Shown here: positions 39,359-48,482 of the stretch, piece by piece
How the letters are laid out: each line of letters opens with the position of its first letter
Position numbering within the stretch: the first letter of the stretch is position 1
Virus record (IMG/VR): IMGVR_UViG_3300027771_001853
Coordinates: 1 to 64,000 of that record
Direction: 5' to 3' (one strand)
Length of the DNA: 64,000 nucleotides
Position numbers and translations under genes: made by a program
The notes under the pieces: generated by a model
Databases searched by the model: none
Seen by the model: only the letters and a program-made list of their open reading frames with translations
What the model was told of the DNA's origin: nothing

Positions 39359-42300
39359 TGTTTAATTACTTTATGGTTAATTATCATACCTCTAAAGGTA
39401 ATTCTTAAATCGTATATTCCAGCTGGTAAGTTAATCATATCTATTTCTTTAGCTTTTTCTTTATATATAAGATGATTCCCAAACATATCATAAACGTTAA
39501 CATCTATATCTTCTTTTGTTTTAATATTTATTTTATCTCTAGTAGGATTTGGGTAAACCACTACTTTATTTCTACCCATATCCTCCAAACCTAAAGGGCT
39601 TCCAAAGGTACAATAATCATATTGTGACTGACAAAAAGCGTCCCATTGATTATTAAGACAGTACGGGTCTACCTCATAAACTACCCAAGCGTAACACGTA
39701 TCATTTAACCAGTAAGGTAATCCAACACCCGTTACTGTATTCACATCGTAATATAAACATGAACCATCATCAGTGTTAGCGTTCTGGTCGTAGTTATTTA
39801 CTGTCACAGTACTAAATCCTGGTATATAATTAGTATATGTACTATATAGATACCCTTGGAAGTCATATCCGTCCGTACACCCTAAGACTGTCGCTATGCA
39901 AGTCCCATTATCTGTATTAACTAATGGGTCGTAGTTGAATGCTGTTGAATCCATACACCCATACATAAATGGGATACACGGGTTAGTTATGTCTGTCTCA
40001 CTTACTTGATTTGTGTTAGCTGAAACGTCGTAGTTAAACATTGTGTTATCCATACACCCATACATAAACGGGACACAACTCCCATTATCTGTATTAGCTA
40101 ATGGGTCATAGTTAAACATCAATGAGTCCGTACAACCATATGTAAATGGTACACAACTCCCATTATCCACATTAACCGTTGGGTTATAGTTAAACATTGT
40201 GTTGTCCATACACCCATAAACAACCAAATTTAAACAACTTCCGTTATCAAAATCCGCTGTAAATCCTTGATTATAAAATTCTAGATATAAAGGGTCAGTA
40301 CAACCTGGGTTATAATAACAACTATTATCGTTTGTATTAGATAGTGGGTTCCAGTTAGAAGCTGTCACATCAGTACACCCATAAATGTAAGCTACACATG
40401 AACCATTATCTGTATTAACTAATGGGTTATAGTTAAACATTGTGGAATCAGTACAACCATAAATGTAAGCTACACAACTAAAGTCATCTGTATTAGCACT
40501 AGGATTAAAATTTAGTGCTGTAGGGTCAGTACAACCCTCTATAACTGAAACACAGGTACCGTTATCCGCATTGGCTACAGGGTCGTAGTTGAACGCGGAG
40601 GTATCAGTACAACCATAAATAAAAGTTATACAAGAACCATTATCCGTGTTTGCTGTTGGGTTATAATTAAACATTGTGTTGTCTGTACAACCATTAATAA
40701 ATGGTACACAGGAACCATCATTCACATTTGCATTAACATTAAAGTTAAACATTGTTGGGTCCGTACACCCTAGGAAAGGATAAACACAACCACTATTAGT
40801 GTTAGCTAAACTATCGTAATTTAAAGCTGTCTGGTCTGTACACCCAATCACCACTGGCATACACGAACCATCGTCAGTATTTGCATTTACATTGAAATTA
40901 AAAGCGGTTGGGTTTGTACAACCTAGGATTGGGTAGATACACCCACTATTAGTGTTAGCTAAAGAGTCGTAATTCATTGCCGTTATATCAGTACAACCAA
41001 TAACAACAGAGACACAAGTACCGTCATCTGTATTTGCGTTTACATCATAGTTAAAGGCTATTGGGTCTGTACACCCTAATATTGGGTAAACACAACCTGA
41101 ATTTGTATTTGCTGTGGAATCAAAATTAAGAGCAGTCGGGTCCGTACATCCAATAACAACAGAAACACAACTATTATCATTAGTATTTGCACTAACATTG
41201 AAATTAAAGGCTGTCTGGTCTGTACAACCTAATATTACTGGTACACACGAACCATTGTTTGTGTTTGCTGGTGGGTCATAATTAAATGCGAGAATATCTG
41301 TACAACCAAATACGATTGGGTAACAAGAACCATCCTCGGTATTGGCAGCTGCATTATAATTAAACATTGTATCATCCATACACCCTAATATTACTGGAAT
41401 ACATGATGATGGGTCGTTTGTGTTTGCTGAAGGGTTAAAGTTGAATGCCGTTGAGTCCATACATCCAATTATGGTAGCTACACAATTACCATCGTCAACA
41501 TTTGCTAATGGGTCGTAATTGAAGGCTAGTGTATTTGTACACCCTAATACTATTGTAATACAATTACCATCTGGCATATTGGCTAACGAATTATAATTTA
41601 ATGCGGTTACATCCATACAACCAAGTATTCCTGGTGTACAGTAATTACCACATTGTGGAATTGAGTTGTATTTGTAAGGGAATTGTATCATTGGGTCTGT
41701 CCAAGAATTAGTCCCTCCTGATAATGTAGTGTCACCTTCAGGTCCTATTAAATAAAACCCACATTGATTTGCTGTTGTCTCAGAATTACCTTGAGTAAAG
41801 AACATTATATCTACTGGACTGGATGAACTTAGGTTAATTGTATATGAATTACTTGCCCCGTCAGAAGGTCCCATTGTATATGGTCCTAATATTGTTGTAC
41901 CTTGTAATACACCCAACCAACTTCCAAACCAACCATCTTGTGCACCATCAGTTATTACTAATGTATAATCACAATTTGGGACTAGGGACATTGTGTTCGC
42001 TGATGAGTCATAGTCTGGTGATGTTATATCTGTACAACCTAATACTACTGGTGTTAAACAAGAACCGTCATCTGTGTTTGCTTGTGGGTTATATTCTGTA
42101 AATCCTGGAGTTGTACAACCTGGAATTGAATTTGGTGTACAAGGTTGGACGGTGTATGTCACACTTGTATCCATCCCAAAGTCTGCATTACCTGGTAGTA
42201 TGGCCATTATAGTGTCCCCACATAACGTTTGAACTAGTACTGTTCCGTCAACCCCACCATAACAAGTTCCACACATACCATCACCAAAACCATCATATAA

Positions 42301-43320
42301 GTTAAAATTAATTACTGTTCCATTTGGTACACATGTCTCTGTAATTATAGGAACTCCTGTTATTGAGTAGCTTGGGGAACTTACTAATACTATTCCATTA
42401 GTGTCTGTTATTTCCCATGAAGTTTCTCCTGGGTACGTATCTGGTATTACTGTTACAACTATATTTGATTCCCCATTTATACAATTAGCTGGTGGAGCTT
42501 GACATGAACCGTCAGGGGTATTAGCCCAAGGGTTGTAGTTTAATGCGGTAGGGTCTGTACAACCAAGAATACATTCTCCAGTTGTAATAACTAAAGTATC
42601 TGTATAACTTGAGTCAGCTAGCATACCTAAAAAATAATATGTAGTGTTTGGTTGTTGGTTAGAATACATCAACCCTGTATTTGAAAAGTTTCCGGGATAA
42701 GGATACCAATTGTTTCCTAAATCATATGGGTTATCTGATTTCGTATATGAGGCCATTCTACAACTCAGGTTTGCCATGTTTGACCAATGGTAATAAACCA
42801 CATTCCCAGCAACGTTACAATAAGTTTCTACCCAAAAAGTGTCTAAACCATTACATGGAGGATACACACATGAACCATCATCAAAATCGGATAATGAATC
42901 GTAGTTTAATGCTAACGTATCTAAACAACCCCCAACTGGTGGAGCACATGGTGCAATAATTAATGTTTGTGTATATAAAGCACCGAAATCATCTTCAATA
43001 AAAGCTAGAGTATCTGCACAACTAGTATCTGTTACTGTAATACTACCTCCTGGGCAGCAATATCCGTCGCTAAAAGCATCGTATACATTTAAAGTATAAG
43101 TACCGTTAACTACAGAGTCAATGAATATAGTTGTATCTGCTTGACCAAACCAATAGTCACCAGGTAATGCAAATGCTAAAGTGTCTCCGTATGCGTCTAA
43201 AATTTCCCAAGAAGTTTCTTGAGCGTAGTTGTCGAATTTAAAATCAACCTTTATTTGTGTTTGTGTGAACCCTAAAAAAGGTATCAGTAATGTTGTTATA
43301 TATAGAAAAATGTTTCTCAT
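39355..43320 (-). CDS. Large Cys-rich repeat protein with T9SS type A sorting domain
   Basis: Signal peptide; about 27 GCxDxxAxNYxxxANTDDGSC repeats; C-terminal VYPNPTRD..YDMFG..LPAGIY..KVIKQ. Confidence 0.88.
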   Translation of the reverse strand: MRNIFLYITTLLIPFLGFTQTQIKVDFKFDNYAQETSWEILDAYGDTLAFALPGDYWFGQADTTIFIDSVVNGTYTLNVYDAFSDGYCCPGGSITVTDTSCADTLAFIEDDFGALYTQTLIIAPCAPPVGGCLDTLALNYDSLSDFDDGSCVYPPCNGLDTFWVETYCNVAGNVVYYHWSNMANLSCRMASYTKSDNPYDLGNNWYPYPGNFSNTGLMYSNQQPNTTYYFLGMLADSSYTDTLVITTGECILGCTDPTALNYNPWANTPDGSCQAPPANCINGESNIVVTVIPDTYPGETSWEITDTNGIVLVSSPSYSITGVPIITETCVPNGTVINFNLYDGFGDGMCGTCYGGVDGTVLVQTLCGDTIMAILPGNADFGMDTSVTYTVQPCTPNSIPGCTTPGFTEYNPQANTDDGSCLTPVVLGCTDITSPDYDSSANTMSLVPNCDYTLVITDGAQDGWFGSWLGVLQGTTILGPYTMGPSDGASNSYTINLSSSSPVDIMFFTQGNSETTANQCGFYLIGPEGDTTLSGGTNSWTDPMIQFPYKYNSIPQCGNYCTPGILGCMDVTALNYNSLANMPDGNCITIVLGCTNTLAFNYDPLANVDDGNCVATIIGCMDSTAFNFNPSANTNDPSSCIPVILGCMDDTMFNYNAAANTEDGSCYPIVFGCTDILAFNYDPPANTNNGSCVPVILGCTDQTAFNFNVSANTNDNSCVSVVIGCTDPTALNFDSTANTNSGCVYPILGCTDPIAFNYDVNANTDDGTCVSVVIGCTDITAMNYDSLANTNSGCIYPILGCTNPTAFNFNVNANTDDGSCMPVVIGCTDQTALNYDSLANTNSGCVYPFLGCTDPTMFNFNVNANVNDGSCVPFINGCTDNTMFNYNPTANTDNGSCITFIYGCTDTSAFNYDPVANADNGTCVSVIEGCTDPTALNFNPSANTDDFSCVAYIYGCTDSTMFNYNPLVNTDNGSCVAYIYGCTDVTASNWNPLSNTNDNSCYYNPGCTDPLYLEFYNQGFTADFDNGSCLNLVVYGCMDNTMFNYNPTVNVDNGSCVPFTYGCTDSLMFNYDPLANTDNGSCVPFMYGCMDNTMFNYDVSANTNQVSETDITNPCIPFMYGCMDSTAFNYDPLVNTDNGTCIATVLGCTDGYDFQGYLYSTYTNYIPGFSTVTVNNYDQNANTDDGSCLYYDVNTVTGVGLPYWLNDTCYAWVVYEVDPYCLNNQWDAFCQSQYDYCTFGSPLGLEDMGRNKVVVYPNPTRDKINIKTKEDIDVNVYDMFGNHLIYKEKAKEIDMINLPAGIYDLRITFRGMIINHKVIKQ
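39757..41622 (-). repeat. About 23 tandem ~75-81-bp coding repeats
   Basis: GC[TM]D...N[YF]...[AV]N[TV]xxGxC units counted in the translation. Confidence 0.85.
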
Positions 43321-43336
43321 ATTAAGTTCTTTAGAA

Positions 43337-43343
43337 ATAAATA
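43337..43343 (-). promoter_or_regulatory. Phage TATTTAT motif
   Basis: Upstream of the secreted-protein cassette. Confidence 0.45.
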
Positions 43344-43385
43344 TCTTAATGCTTTCAAATGAGAAGGGGGGAGGAAGTTTTTAGA

Positions 43386-43559
43386 TTACTTGGTTTTATC
43401 TTCTAAAATAACAAACTCGTCTGGGGATATGGATACCTGTACCCATTCATCGTTTCTATCATGGTAAGGTCTGGTATATTCGTATTTTGTTATCTTATTA
43501 TTGATAACATCATTTTTATGTACCCAAATGTATATTTTTTCAATTACGTTATACCCCAT
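43386..43559 (-). CDS. Small hypothetical protein (57 aa)
   Basis: Translated by hand (MGYNVIEKY...); abuts 43561. Confidence 0.5.
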   Translation of the reverse strand: MGYNVIEKIYIWVHKNDVINNKITKYEYTRPYHDRNDEWVQVSISPDEFVILEDKTK

Positions 43560-43560
43560 T

Positions 43561-43869
43561 TTATATTGTTGTAGTCCATATTAAACCACCCTCAATGTCA
43601 TATGAGTTTGGCCCATTGACCCATGAATTAGGATTTCGTCTCTTATCTATTGCTGTCATATGTTCTTGACTATACTTCCACTGTAACTCAACTATATCGG
43701 ATTCTGGGATACCATATAACTTTAAATCATCTATAGATTTACATGAAGAAACTACCCTATCCAATAATTTAGATGATTTTATCATTTTCTTCAAGTGCTT
43801 GTACACCCAATCAATTAGTATTTTATTACGGGCTATTAAAGTAATGTCATTATATGTTCTTGTTTCCAT
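43561..43869 (-). CDS. Hypothetical protein
   Basis: ORF track. Confidence 0.6.
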   Translation of the reverse strand: METRTYNDITLIARNKILIDWVYKHLKKMIKSSKLLDRVVSSCKSIDDLKLYGIPESDIVELQWKYSQEHMTAIDKRRNPNSWVNGPNSYDIEGGLIWTTTI

Positions 43870-43888
43870 TTTATTTATTATTTTTTGA

Positions 43889-44161
43889 TTAGTCCCAACA
43901 TCGAGATAATTGTATTTTTTGTTCTTGTGTAAGTGAATCTATAAAATCCACCCATTCATTTCCACTCATATTTAAAGCGGGTCTTATATATTCACCATCA
44001 CAAATACTATTATCTATGTGTGGTGCAGAATTAACCGCTGGGGTCACTATTTGTTCGTTTCCATAATCACCTGATTTTCTTTTTTTAACTTCACCAGTAT
44101 CAGGATTTCTTTCGAATATCCAATATTTTCCTTCCCATTCGTCTTTATTCTGTAATTTCAT
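43889..44161 (-). CDS. Hypothetical protein
   Basis: ORF track; WIFERNPDTG. Confidence 0.6.
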   Translation of the reverse strand: MKLQNKDEWEGKYWIFERNPDTGEVKKRKSGDYGNEQIVTPAVNSAPHIDNSICDGEYIRPALNMSGNEWVDFIDSLTQEQKIQLSRCWD

Positions 44162-44258
44162 TTTATACTATCCTTTAGTTTTTCCTGTTTACGTAACTCC
44201 TCATCACTAGTATTATAATTGTGAATGCGATGTAGTACAGTAATATGTTTATCACCAT

Positions 44259-44633
44259 TTATTCCCATATTGTGTCTCCGTCACCACCTATCCACATCAC
44301 ATCTTCATCTAGATATGGGACACTATCTGATACCCCGTCTACACAAGGTGAACCTGTAGTATCGTAGTATATGGTAGATGGTTCTTTCATCTCTAATGAA
44401 TCTTGTGGTGTTAAAGTATCCACAAGTAAACTAGGATGAATATAATTCAATGAACGGTTTGCCGGTCTTGGGTCATTCTTTATTTTCTCACCCATATCGT
44501 CATTAAACCCAGTATAGTCACCTATAAATAACATAGTGATAACGATAACCAAGACTAACCCTACGTACCCTATTATAGTAAAGATTGATGAATCTTTTTG
44601 TTGTTTCGGTGTTTTTCCTTGATTGTCTGTCAT
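44259..44633 (-). CDS. Single-TM hypothetical protein
   Basis: QGKTPKQ + TM helix. Confidence 0.6.
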   Translation of the reverse strand: MTDNQGKTPKQQKDSSIFTIIGYVGLVLVIVITMLFIGDYTGFNDDMGEKIKNDPRPANRSLNYIHPSLLVDTLTPQDSLEMKEPSTIYYDTTGSPCVDGVSDSVPYLDEDVMWIGGDGDTIWE

Positions 44634-45133
44634 TGTGTTATTTGTTGTTCATTCTCCGGTCCACCGATTACTGGTGAATCCCCCATTTTTGGTATATTTA
44701 TGAGTGTTTCTGTGTTTTTATTACAATCACACATCTTCCCTTCTTTTATCTGAGTTAAATCCGCGTCAAGTTTGTTTAACTTCTGCATCATTTGACCAAA
44801 AACTTGTTGGGTACTCACAAATTGAAAGTGAATATTTTTTAACATTTCTAAATTAAATATCCTTTCATCTTTATCGTTCCCGTACTTCTCAATCTCTTCA
44901 AGTACTGTGATGAGTTGTCCTGGGTTCATAAAGTCTCTATTAGGCATAAGATAGTGTCCGTTAACTTTTAGTGTTGGGAACATGTAGGACATTGCGTCCG
45001 ATTTGACCTTGTGCCAGGCTTCAGGGTTATCGTTGATGGTATACTCTTTGTAGGTATACCCATTTTCGTCTAGTCTGTCTTTTGTTTGTTTACAAAAATG
45101 ACATCCACTGTTGGTGTAAATTAAAATCTCCAT
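44630..45133 (-). CDS. Glutaredoxin-like protein with C-terminal coiled coil
   Basis: IYTNSGCHFC, FPTL. Confidence 0.75.
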   Translation of the reverse strand: MEILIYTNSGCHFCKQTKDRLDENGYTYKEYTINDNPEAWHKVKSDAMSYMFPTLKVNGHYLMPNRDFMNPGQLITVLEEIEKYGNDKDERIFNLEMLKNIHFQFVSTQQVFGQMMQKLNKLDADLTQIKEGKMCDCNKNTETLINIPKMGDSPVIGGPENEQQITQ

Positions 45134-45227
45134 ATTATTATTTTATTTAAAGTTTATAAAAAGTTATCGCATAAGTCAAACTTATTAGAATAATAATAAA
45201 AAACAAATAAGAGGTAAATAAAATATA

Positions 45228-45650
45228 TTAGATTTTGTCACCGGTAGCAATACCAGCTTTAAAGTCTAATTTAACATTAAGGGTAAAATCTCCCTTTTTA
45301 TTAGTTAAGGTATAATCTGAATGAAATTTACCTTGTTGGCTTTTGTGTGATTTTTTAAACCCGACTATATCAAAATTATGGTCTTTAAGGAAATCCCTAA
45401 AGTGCTTGTCATATTGTTTATATGCTTTAGCTTCTTTTGAGTTTGATGGGTCTTTCGGTTCTGCGTCAACTTCAAACATCTCCCCTTCTTTAGTTTCGTG
45501 ATGTCCTTCCTGTGTAGGTGCTGGTTTACGTTTTCTAGGGCTTACTGGGTTGTCAGAAAAAGGGTAAGATAATTTCTCATCATCTTCCTTTAGTACTTTA
45601 TTGATTATGTTAACCAATTCTTTTTCCGTTAATTTTATAATGTTTGACAT
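45228..45650 (-). CDS. Hypothetical phage protein with LTE/VLKE leader
   Basis: MSNIIKLTEKELVNIINKVLKED; TATTTAT at 45662-45668. Confidence 0.7.
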   Translation of the reverse strand: MSNIIKLTEKELVNIINKVLKEDDEKLSYPFSDNPVSPRKRKPAPTQEGHHETKEGEMFEVDAEPKDPSNSKEAKAYKQYDKHFRDFLKDHNFDIVGFKKSHKSQQGKFHSDYTLTNKKGDFTLNVKLDFKAGIATGDKI

Positions 45651-45680
45651 AATATTGATTTATAAATAAATATAACGTAT

Positions 45681-46130
45681 TTACCGTTTTTCCAATCCTT
45701 TTATTTTTTTCCACATACGTTTAAGACGAGTTTCATCACCAAAAAATACTTTTGCTATAACCAAACCAACAAATCTAATCATTGTATAGGTTAAACCTAT
45801 TGCTAGCATAAAGAATAATAGTGTTGGGAAGTACACTATAGAAAACGATATTAGGTATTCTTTAGTACTATCAAAGGGTCTATATGTTTTTTGTGAATTA
45901 AAATTTTCCGTTCTCTCTTGTAATACAAGTGGGTCTTCTCCCCATTTAACTTGTGGTGGTGTGAGTTCACTACAATTAACACAGTACCCACTTTGGTAAG
46001 TACCGTATAAAGAACTTAAAAGGTGCAACACCATAAAAAATATAACTATGTTTTTAAGTTTGAATATTGTTTTACGGTATTCAAAAAGTTTACTACTTAA
46101 CTTGTTTAATATGTTTAATATTTTTTCCAT
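45681..46130 (-). CDS. Membrane protein
   Basis: Two hydrophobic segments. Confidence 0.6.
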   Translation of the reverse strand: MEKILNILNKLSSKLFEYRKTIFKLKNIVIFFMVLHLLSSLYGTYQSGYCVNCSELTPPQVKWGEDPLVLQERTENFNSQKTYRPFDSTKEYLISFSIVYFPTLLFFMLAIGLTYTMIRFVGLVIAKVFFGDETRLKRMWKKIKGLEKR

Positions 46131-46314
46131 CTGGATTTTCTTTATCTAATTCTAACTCTTCGTCTTCAGTAGTCAAGTCGTCAGCTACAGGAATGGGGTG
46201 GTCCCCATTCAAAGGTCTGTCTTGTGGTGCTCTTCTAACAGAAAAAACTCTACCTGGTGATATGTAGTTACCAGCTACCGCTTCTTTTACTATTTCTATT
46301 AAAGTATTAATCAT
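46093..46314 (-). CDS. Small phage protein with IVKE leader
   Basis: Start re-assigned to MINTLIEIVKE, 4 nt after TATTTAT (46319-46325). Confidence 0.55.
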   Translation of the reverse strand: MINTLIEIVKEAVAGNYISPGRVFSVRRAPQDRPLNGDHPIPVADDLTTEDEELELDKENPDGKNIKHIKQVK

Positions 46315-46328
46315 ACCCATAAATATGT

Positions 46329-46802
46329 TTATTTTTCCCAACTGATATTCTTAACCTCAATACTTTGCCAATGTCGTTCACACCCTATCCCCAATAATTT
46401 TAAATAGTTTTTTAATTCGTCACTTAATAAGTCTCTTAGTTTTTCGCGTATCATTTTGTGGGCGTTGTGGCCCCAAATACGGTCAGAATTACCTTCATAC
46501 CATCTACCACAGCTAAGTTTATATTCAGCTACCTTACTTATATCTCTCATATATGCTGAGCCGGAGTAAGATTGGCAAGTTGTGGCCTTACCGGATACTT
46601 TAACATTAACAAGAATTCTATTCCCTCTCGGGTTTAGTGGTGTTTGCTTTACATCCCAGCCCTCATTTTCACTCACAATATTAGTTATTCTACATTTAAC
46701 ATCTAACTCACGACTCCAATTTCCAGCATCTTCTGTTATATTGTTTATATGGAATATCTTTTTTCTAATTATTCTTTTCGCTTTTAATGGTAATCTTTTC
46801 AT
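46329..46802 (-). CDS. Hypothetical protein
   Basis: 157-aa ORF; host-type promoter upstream. Confidence 0.65.
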   Translation of the reverse strand: MKRLPLKAKRIIRKKIFHINNITEDAGNWSRELDVKCRITNIVSENEGWDVKQTPLNPRGNRILVNVKVSGKATTCQSYSGSAYMRDISKVAEYKLSCGRWYEGNSDRIWGHNAHKMIREKLRDLLSDELKNYLKLLGIGCERHWQSIEVKNISWEK

Positions 46803-46806
46803 ACTA

Positions 46807-46814
46807 CAAAGATA
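46807..46814 (-). promoter_or_regulatory. Bacteroidota -7 promoter element TATCTTTG
   Basis: TAnnTTTG 4 nt before the ATG. Confidence 0.6.
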
Positions 46815-47052
46815 AGTAAATTTACTTTAATAACCAAACAATAAGGCATAAAAAAAAGTATGAACCGAATAATAATACTAATCGGGTCACCCTACATAGA
46901 AAGATAGAACACGGTAACCATTAGTATAACATATAAAACCGAACTAAAGTCTATTTTTGGTTGCATTGTTTCCATACCAATAAGTAATTAGATTCACTTA
47001 AAAACCAAAGTATTTGGTATTATGTTATTGTTAAGTTTTTAACCCGTATAGG

Positions 47053-47511
47053 TTATATAAATTCTGGGGTTTCTCTTTTCTTCCAGGAATGTAAATGTGA
47101 TTTATCTTTAACATAATAAAGTCGATACGATTCAACATGGTCATCGCTTTTATACTCCTCTGGCATCGCTAGGGTTGGTTGTGTGAATTTACCATCTGGT
47201 ATGTTAGGGGTATTATTAGTTAACCACTCTATGTGTTGTTGTGTTTTATGTGTTTTCCCATACCGATGGGTATACTCTTTACATAATCCCATACCTAACT
47301 CACATAACCAAGTGTAGTTTGACTTATTACTTCTAGCCCAAACTGCTGATGGGTGGTTTTTATGTGTTTCTCTGTAAGGTCCTTCACCACCTGACACCCA
47401 GTGAGTGGTAGAAAGTAACTGTGCTGTCTCTAAAATCATTTTAACCACATGTTTGTCCACATGATACTTTGAACAGGTCTCGGGGTCTTTATGTAAGTAG
47501 AATATATTCAC
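47053..47511 (-). CDS. Pyrimidine-dimer DNA glycosylase (DenV)-related protein
   Basis: MNIF..DKHVVKMILETAQLL..THKNHPSAVW..EY..RYGKTH..YRLYY; GTG start. Confidence 0.75.
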   Translation of the reverse strand: MNIFYLHKDPETCSKYHVDKHVVKMILETAQLLSTTHWVSGGEGPYRETHKNHPSAVWARSNKSNYTWLCELGMGLCKEYTHRYGKTHKTQQHIEWLTNNTPNIPDGKFTQPTLAMPEEYKSDDHVESYRLYYVKDKSHLHSWKKRETPEFI

Positions 47512-47515
47512 AACA

Positions 47516-47523
47516 CAAAGATA
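47516..47523 (-). promoter_or_regulatory. Bacteroidota -7 promoter element TATCTTTG
   Basis: TAnnTTTG 4 nt before the GTG. Confidence 0.6.
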
Positions 47524-47524
47524 T

Positions 47525-47557
47525 AAAAAAAAACCGAAAGTTTTTAGTTTTCGGTTT
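47525..47557 (-). terminator. Intrinsic terminator
   Basis: AAACCGAAA/TTTCGGTTT stem with U-tract on the minus strand. Confidence 0.6.
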
Positions 47558-47580
47558 AATTATATTTTATTTTTAGTTGG

Positions 47581-48099
47581 TTACTTTACGATAATAAATT
47601 TCTTTTGGTTTCTAATGTACATCACTCCTTTAGTTGGGTTAATTACTTCTCTACCCATTAAGTCATACATTACATTGTTAGCACCTTCATTCTTCATTAA
47701 CTCTTCGATTCCAGTTGGGTTACCCATATTCATTAGTACCCACGTATCAGTCATGAAATCATATACTAATGAATCACAATAATTACAAATATAAGTCATG
47801 GAGTCAAAATATATAAAAGCATCGTAACATAATTTAACAGTGTCTTGTGGGGTTATAAGTGGAAATGAGTATGGGTCGTTACCTTGTGGTATATAACAAG
47901 TTAATGCATTACATGCTGAAAAATTCCAATCTATAGAATCTACTATATTAATTATTCCAGGTGCGTTTCCTGTTACTGTTAATGTATTCCAGGTTGTACT
48001 GTCTACTACTATCGAATATGATAGTGAGTCACAAGGAATCATTTGTGCTTGTGTTTGTAGTCCAAGCGAGACTAATACTACTAGTAAAAATTTCTTCAT
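47581..48099 (-). CDS. Secreted protein with T9SS-like C-terminus
   Basis: Signal peptide ending QA-Q; TGIEE..MYDLMGRE..KGVMYIRNQKKFII. Confidence 0.7.
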   Translation of the reverse strand: MKKFLLVVLVSLGLQTQAQMIPCDSLSYSIVVDSTTWNTLTVTGNAPGIINIVDSIDWNFSACNALTCYIPQGNDPYSFPLITPQDTVKLCYDAFIYFDSMTYICNYCDSLVYDFMTDTWVLMNMGNPTGIEELMKNEGANNVMYDLMGREVINPTKGVMYIRNQKKFIIVK

Positions 48100-48237
48100 T
48101 TTGTTTCTTTTTTAGTTATTTATGTCTTTTAATTATATAATATATATATCTATTTGTCCAGTTTTATCACGAATAAAGAATATACTTAAACACATATAGT
48201 TTAGTACAATATCACTATATTATACACAATTACATAT

Positions 48238-48262
48238 AAAAAAACCCCACCGAAGTGGGGTT
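48238..48262 (-). terminator. Intrinsic terminator (C-UUCG-G loop)
   Basis: CCCCAC-TTCG-GTGGGG followed by T7 on the minus strand. Confidence 0.85.
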
Positions 48263-48266
48263 AATC

Positions 48267-48321
48267 TCAGGAAGGGGTTTCAATTTAATTTATTTAATTG
48301 TTAGATTGCGGTAATCTTCCT
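48267..48321 (-). ncRNA. Putative small RNA, copy 2 of the DUF2828-associated motif
   Basis: AGGAAG-ATTACCGCAA-(AU-rich)-CTTCCT-GA. Confidence 0.5.
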
Positions 48322-48363
48322 TTCATATATAAATCGCCTAGGGCGAAGTAAAGTACAATCTTC

Positions 48364-48482
48364 TGGGTAGTCAGAATCATTTTTTTATTCCTAGTTTATT
48401 TTATCGTCAAGGTGGGGAATAATATCCACCTCTCTCTCTTGGTTTTGTTTTTAGTTGCCGAAGAGATTCTTTGGTCTACCCA
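48364..48482 (-). ncRNA. Putative small RNA, copy 1 of the DUF2828-associated motif
   Basis: TGGGTAG..AGAATC-TCTTCGGCAA-(A-rich, GGTGG/CCACC hairpin)-GATTCT-GA-CTACCCA. Confidence 0.55.

Noticed and set aside
39757-41622. CRISPR array or DGR template/variable repeats
   Set aside because: The repeats are in-frame, degenerate at synonymous sites and have no unique spacers; no cas or reverse transcriptase gene is in the window
46892-46975. 27-aa hydrophobic ORF METMQPK... behind a TACTTAT motif
   Set aside because: Plausible but too short to support from sequence alone; not listed as a feature
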